In this document: in pieces, positions 61,963 through 64,000 of the stretch
How the letters are laid out: each line of letters begins with the position of its first letter
How positions within the stretch are numbered: the first letter of the stretch is position 1
Source of the DNA: Limnochordia bacterium
Lineage (GTDB): Bacteria > Bacillota > Limnochordia > DTU080
Direction: 5' to 3'
DNA length: 64,000 nt
NCBI GenBank assembly: GCA_050951545.1
Contig: JBMNJG010000011.1
Location: 1 to 64,000 of the forward strand
The notes under the pieces: generated by a model
Seen by the model: the letters and a program-made list of their open reading frames with translations, nothing else
What the model was told of the DNA's origin: nothing
Database searches by the model: none
Made by a program: the position numbers and the translations under genes

Positions 61963-62697
61963 ATGAATCGCTTTTTTGCAGCAGCGGCCCCCAGAAACCT
62001 CCGCAGTTTTGTTGTAGCAGCAATGGTACTAGCCGCAGCCCTCCTTCCCCTCTCACCAGTGCAGGCCTTGGCTTCGCCGGTTGCCTCTGATAGTCGTTCG
62101 CCTTATGCGAATCTCGGTGTGGACGAGCTCTCCCAGTATCTCAGGCATCAGAAGAAGCGGATGCAGGCGGATGTTGGCCTAGAGGAATCCGTTGTGAAGG
62201 GTACCTCCTCAGATAATGCTGGGCAGGTTCACATCCTAAGTGCGCCGTTGCCGTGGGGAGCGTCGGCATCAGTCAGTGCCCGTCTTGAGCCAGTCGATTT
62301 GGACAGGCTGCGGGCGATTACGGCCAATGCACCGGAGCGGGCCCGAGAACAGGAGACTCGGGTCGGCGTTGATGGAGCTGTGCGTCTGGGCGACGTGGGT
62401 GCCTTGCGCATTGGCTATGAAGTGACACAATGGCAGGATAAGGGGGCAGCCAAGGTAGCGACGGTGGCGGATGCAGGTCTGGAATACAGTCTTACTGAGC
62501 GGGCGCTGCTTGCTGCGGGCTATAATCTGGACCGAGATCACACCGGTACGACGGCTACAACGAATGTTGATGTTGGCTATGCTATCACTAAGGGTGCTAC
62601 GTTTCGTGCGGGCTACCAGCTGGTCAGCTTCAGTGATGCTGGCAGCCGCGAGTACAAGGCGAATGTGGCTCGGGCGAACCTTACGCTGCGCTTCTAG
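61963..62697 (+). CDS. Outer-membrane beta-barrel (porin-like) protein
   Basis: Sec signal peptide from ATG 61963 (MNRFF..LSPVQALA), amphipathic strands (AGLEYSL, AGYNL, VGYAI, AGYQL) and a C-terminal ..LTLRF beta-signal. Confidence 0.75.
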   Translation: MNRFFAAAAPRNLRSFVVAAMVLAAALLPLSPVQALASPVASDSRSPYANLGVDELSQYLRHQKKRMQADVGLEESVVKGTSSDNAGQVHILSAPLPWGASASVSARLEPVDLDRLRAITANAPERAREQETRVGVDGAVRLGDVGALRIGYEVTQWQDKGAAKVATVADAGLEYSLTERALLAAGYNLDRDHTGTTATTNVDVGYAITKGATFRAGYQLVSFSDAGSREYKANVARANLTLRF

Positions 62698-62712
62698 CCC
62701 GGAGGTTGCCAC

Positions 62713-62742
62713 TTGACATAGCAGGGGTTTGTGTGACATAAT
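62713..62742 (+). promoter_or_regulatory. Sigma-A promoter of rnpB
   Basis: TTGACA-18 nt-CATAAT with a TG extension. Confidence 0.7.
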
Positions 62743-62783
62743 GCCGATGCGCACCGATGGTGCGTCTGTATTGTGTCTTCATT

Positions 62784-63122
62784 CTTGAAAGTACGATGGA
62801 TGGTCGCTGGTATGTCCCTTGCGACGTACTAGAGGAAAGTCCGGACTCGGCTGTTTCGCGCAAGCGAGCAGAAAGTTGGTGCCCGGCGCAAGCCGGGGCG
62901 GAGCGATCCGACGGAGGCGAACAGAGACCCTTTGGGCTCTTATTAGCTATAAAAGGACCATAGAGACGAGCTTGTCCGGCAACGGACAAGGTGGAACGCG
63001 GTAACCCCCTCCACCGAGCAACCCAAATTATGGTAGGGGCAGCCCCAATGGGGCCAGCAGGTTCGCCTGCTGAGAGAGATGACCATCCTCGACAGAATCC
63101 GGCTTACAGTCGTGCTTTCAGG
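62784..63122 (+). ncRNA. rnpB: RNase P RNA (B-type-like architecture)
   Basis: GAGGAAAGTCCGGACTC and ACAGAATCCGGCTTA (P4); GTGGAACGCGGTAACCCC; GAGCAACCCAAATTATGGTAGGGG; P1 TGAAAGTACGA/TCGTGCTTTCA. Confidence 0.95.
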
Positions 63123-63258
63123 GCTTTGATTGGGCGCAAAGGCTGCTTGTAGGCCCGTGTGGCTCCAATGGGAGGTGCGCGGGCTTCTGCGTTTTAACAG
63201 GCCAGCAATTGGGGCTTGAGGAGGAAAGGGTAGATGTGGTAAGCTAGCGATGCGTAAT

Positions 63259-63334
63259 GAGCCCGTAGCTCAGGTGGCAGAGCACCGGACTTTTAATCCG
63301 GGTGTCCAGGGTTCGAGTCCCTGCGGGCTCACCA
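63259..63334 (+). tRNA. tRNA-Lys (anticodon UUU)
   Basis: GAGCCCG/CGGGCTC acceptor stem, CCGGA-CTTTTAA-TCCGG anticodon arm, GTTCGAG T-loop and encoded CCA. Confidence 0.97.
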
Positions 63335-63338
63335 AGAA

Positions 63339-63382
63339 AAAACACCTCCACGAAGCGGTTTTCGGGAGGTGTTTCTTGTTTG
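63339..63382. terminator. Bidirectional terminator between tRNA-Lys and the integrase
   Basis: AAACACCTCC..GGAGGTGTTT hairpin with A-rich and T-rich flanks. Confidence 0.7.
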
Positions 63383-63432
63383 TTGGGGGTGATCCAAACG
63401 GCGTTTTACGACCAAAGTACGACCAATAGAAT

Positions 63433-64000
63433 CTAGCGAGCGCCTTTCTCCTTGCTGAAAAGCTCATCGAGTTTGGCGGCGGCATCCCTCTGCAGTGTGG
63501 GCATGACGTGGCTGTAGGTGTCCAGGGTGAGGTTAATGCTAGAGTGGCCCAGACGTTCCTGCACGATCTTGGGGTGAACCCCCTTGGCGAGAAGCAACGT
63601 GGCAGCGGTGTGGCGCAGATCATGAAAGCGAATGTCGGGAAGCCCGGCTTCTTTCAGCAGAGGTTTGAACGAACGACGCACTAGATTCTGCTTGCGGATA
63701 GGGCCACCTTCGGTGTCGCAGAAAACCCATGGCGAAGCTGTGAGTCCTTCTGCTAGCATGTGTTTCCTGTGTTCACGTAGGGCTTGCACGGCTAGCTCTG
63801 GCAGAGTGATAGACCTTCGTCCTGCGGCGCTCTTGGGTTCGCCCACAACCAGAGCGCTACCCACGTTCTTCAGTGTTCGCTGCACTGATAGCGTAGCCTG
63901 TGCAAGATCAATGTCGGACCACTGTAGGCCAAGCAGTTCCCCTTGGCGCATCCCTGTTGTCGCTGCCAACACGTAGAGGGCATAGAGGCGATCCTGTTCT
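63433..64000 (-). CDS. Tyrosine recombinase/integrase, C-terminal part (5' end beyond the window)
   Basis: TGMRQGE (R), PKS (K), FHDLRH (HxxR), LGHS and DTYSH (Y) catalytic residues. Confidence 0.95.
   Translation of the reverse strand, partial: EQDRLYALYVLAATTGMRQGELLGLQWSDIDLAQATLSVQRTLKNVGSALVVGEPKSAAGRRSITLPELAVQALREHRKHMLAEGLTASPWVFCDTEGGPIRKQNLVRRSFKPLLKEAGLPDIRFHDLRHTAATLLLAKGVHPKIVQERLGHSSINLTLDTYSHVMPTLQRDAAAKLDELFSKEKGAR

Noticed and set aside
62681-63004. Three short ORFs over 62.7-63.0 kb
   Set aside because: They overlap the RNase P RNA gene.
63270-63623. 117-aa minus-strand ORF
   Set aside because: It is an alternative frame of the integrase and antisense to tRNA-Lys.

Overview
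This is a chromosomal window from a GC-rich, spore-forming, diderm (LPS-making) Bacillota; a Limnochordia-like identity is inferred from gene content only. Left end (1-~1.5 kb): a lower-GC plasmid-like replicon (tandem-wHTH Rep, 22-bp iterons, MOBQ-like oriT), then a complete IS with 15-bp TIRs and a 9-bp target duplication. Core region: an XRE regulator, codY, dinB, hflX, the prfA-prmC-sua5-mntP-ywlE/rpiB-tagO-wecB block, an atypical F1Fo ATP synthase operon behind a c-di-AMP riboswitch, and spoIIQ-like/spoIIID/mbl. Next is a ~30-kb outer-membrane cluster (tamB, bamA, ompH, lpxD/C/A/I/B, fabZ, msbA, lptB/C/D/F/G, DUF3084) with no lpxK, kds or waaA genes in the window and three LpxB-fold proteins. 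Right end: a D-aminoacylase, an outer-membrane beta-barrel gene, a B-type-like RNase P RNA, tRNA-Lys(UUU) and a tyrosine integrase marking the edge of an integrated element. The top observation is that the beta-barrel gene appears to have a split ribosome-binding site: its Shine-Dalgarno (SD) and AUG are separated by a ~285-nt multibranched RNA whose closing stem would restore a normal 7-nt spacing. All family calls come from motif recognition by eye; no database searches were run.
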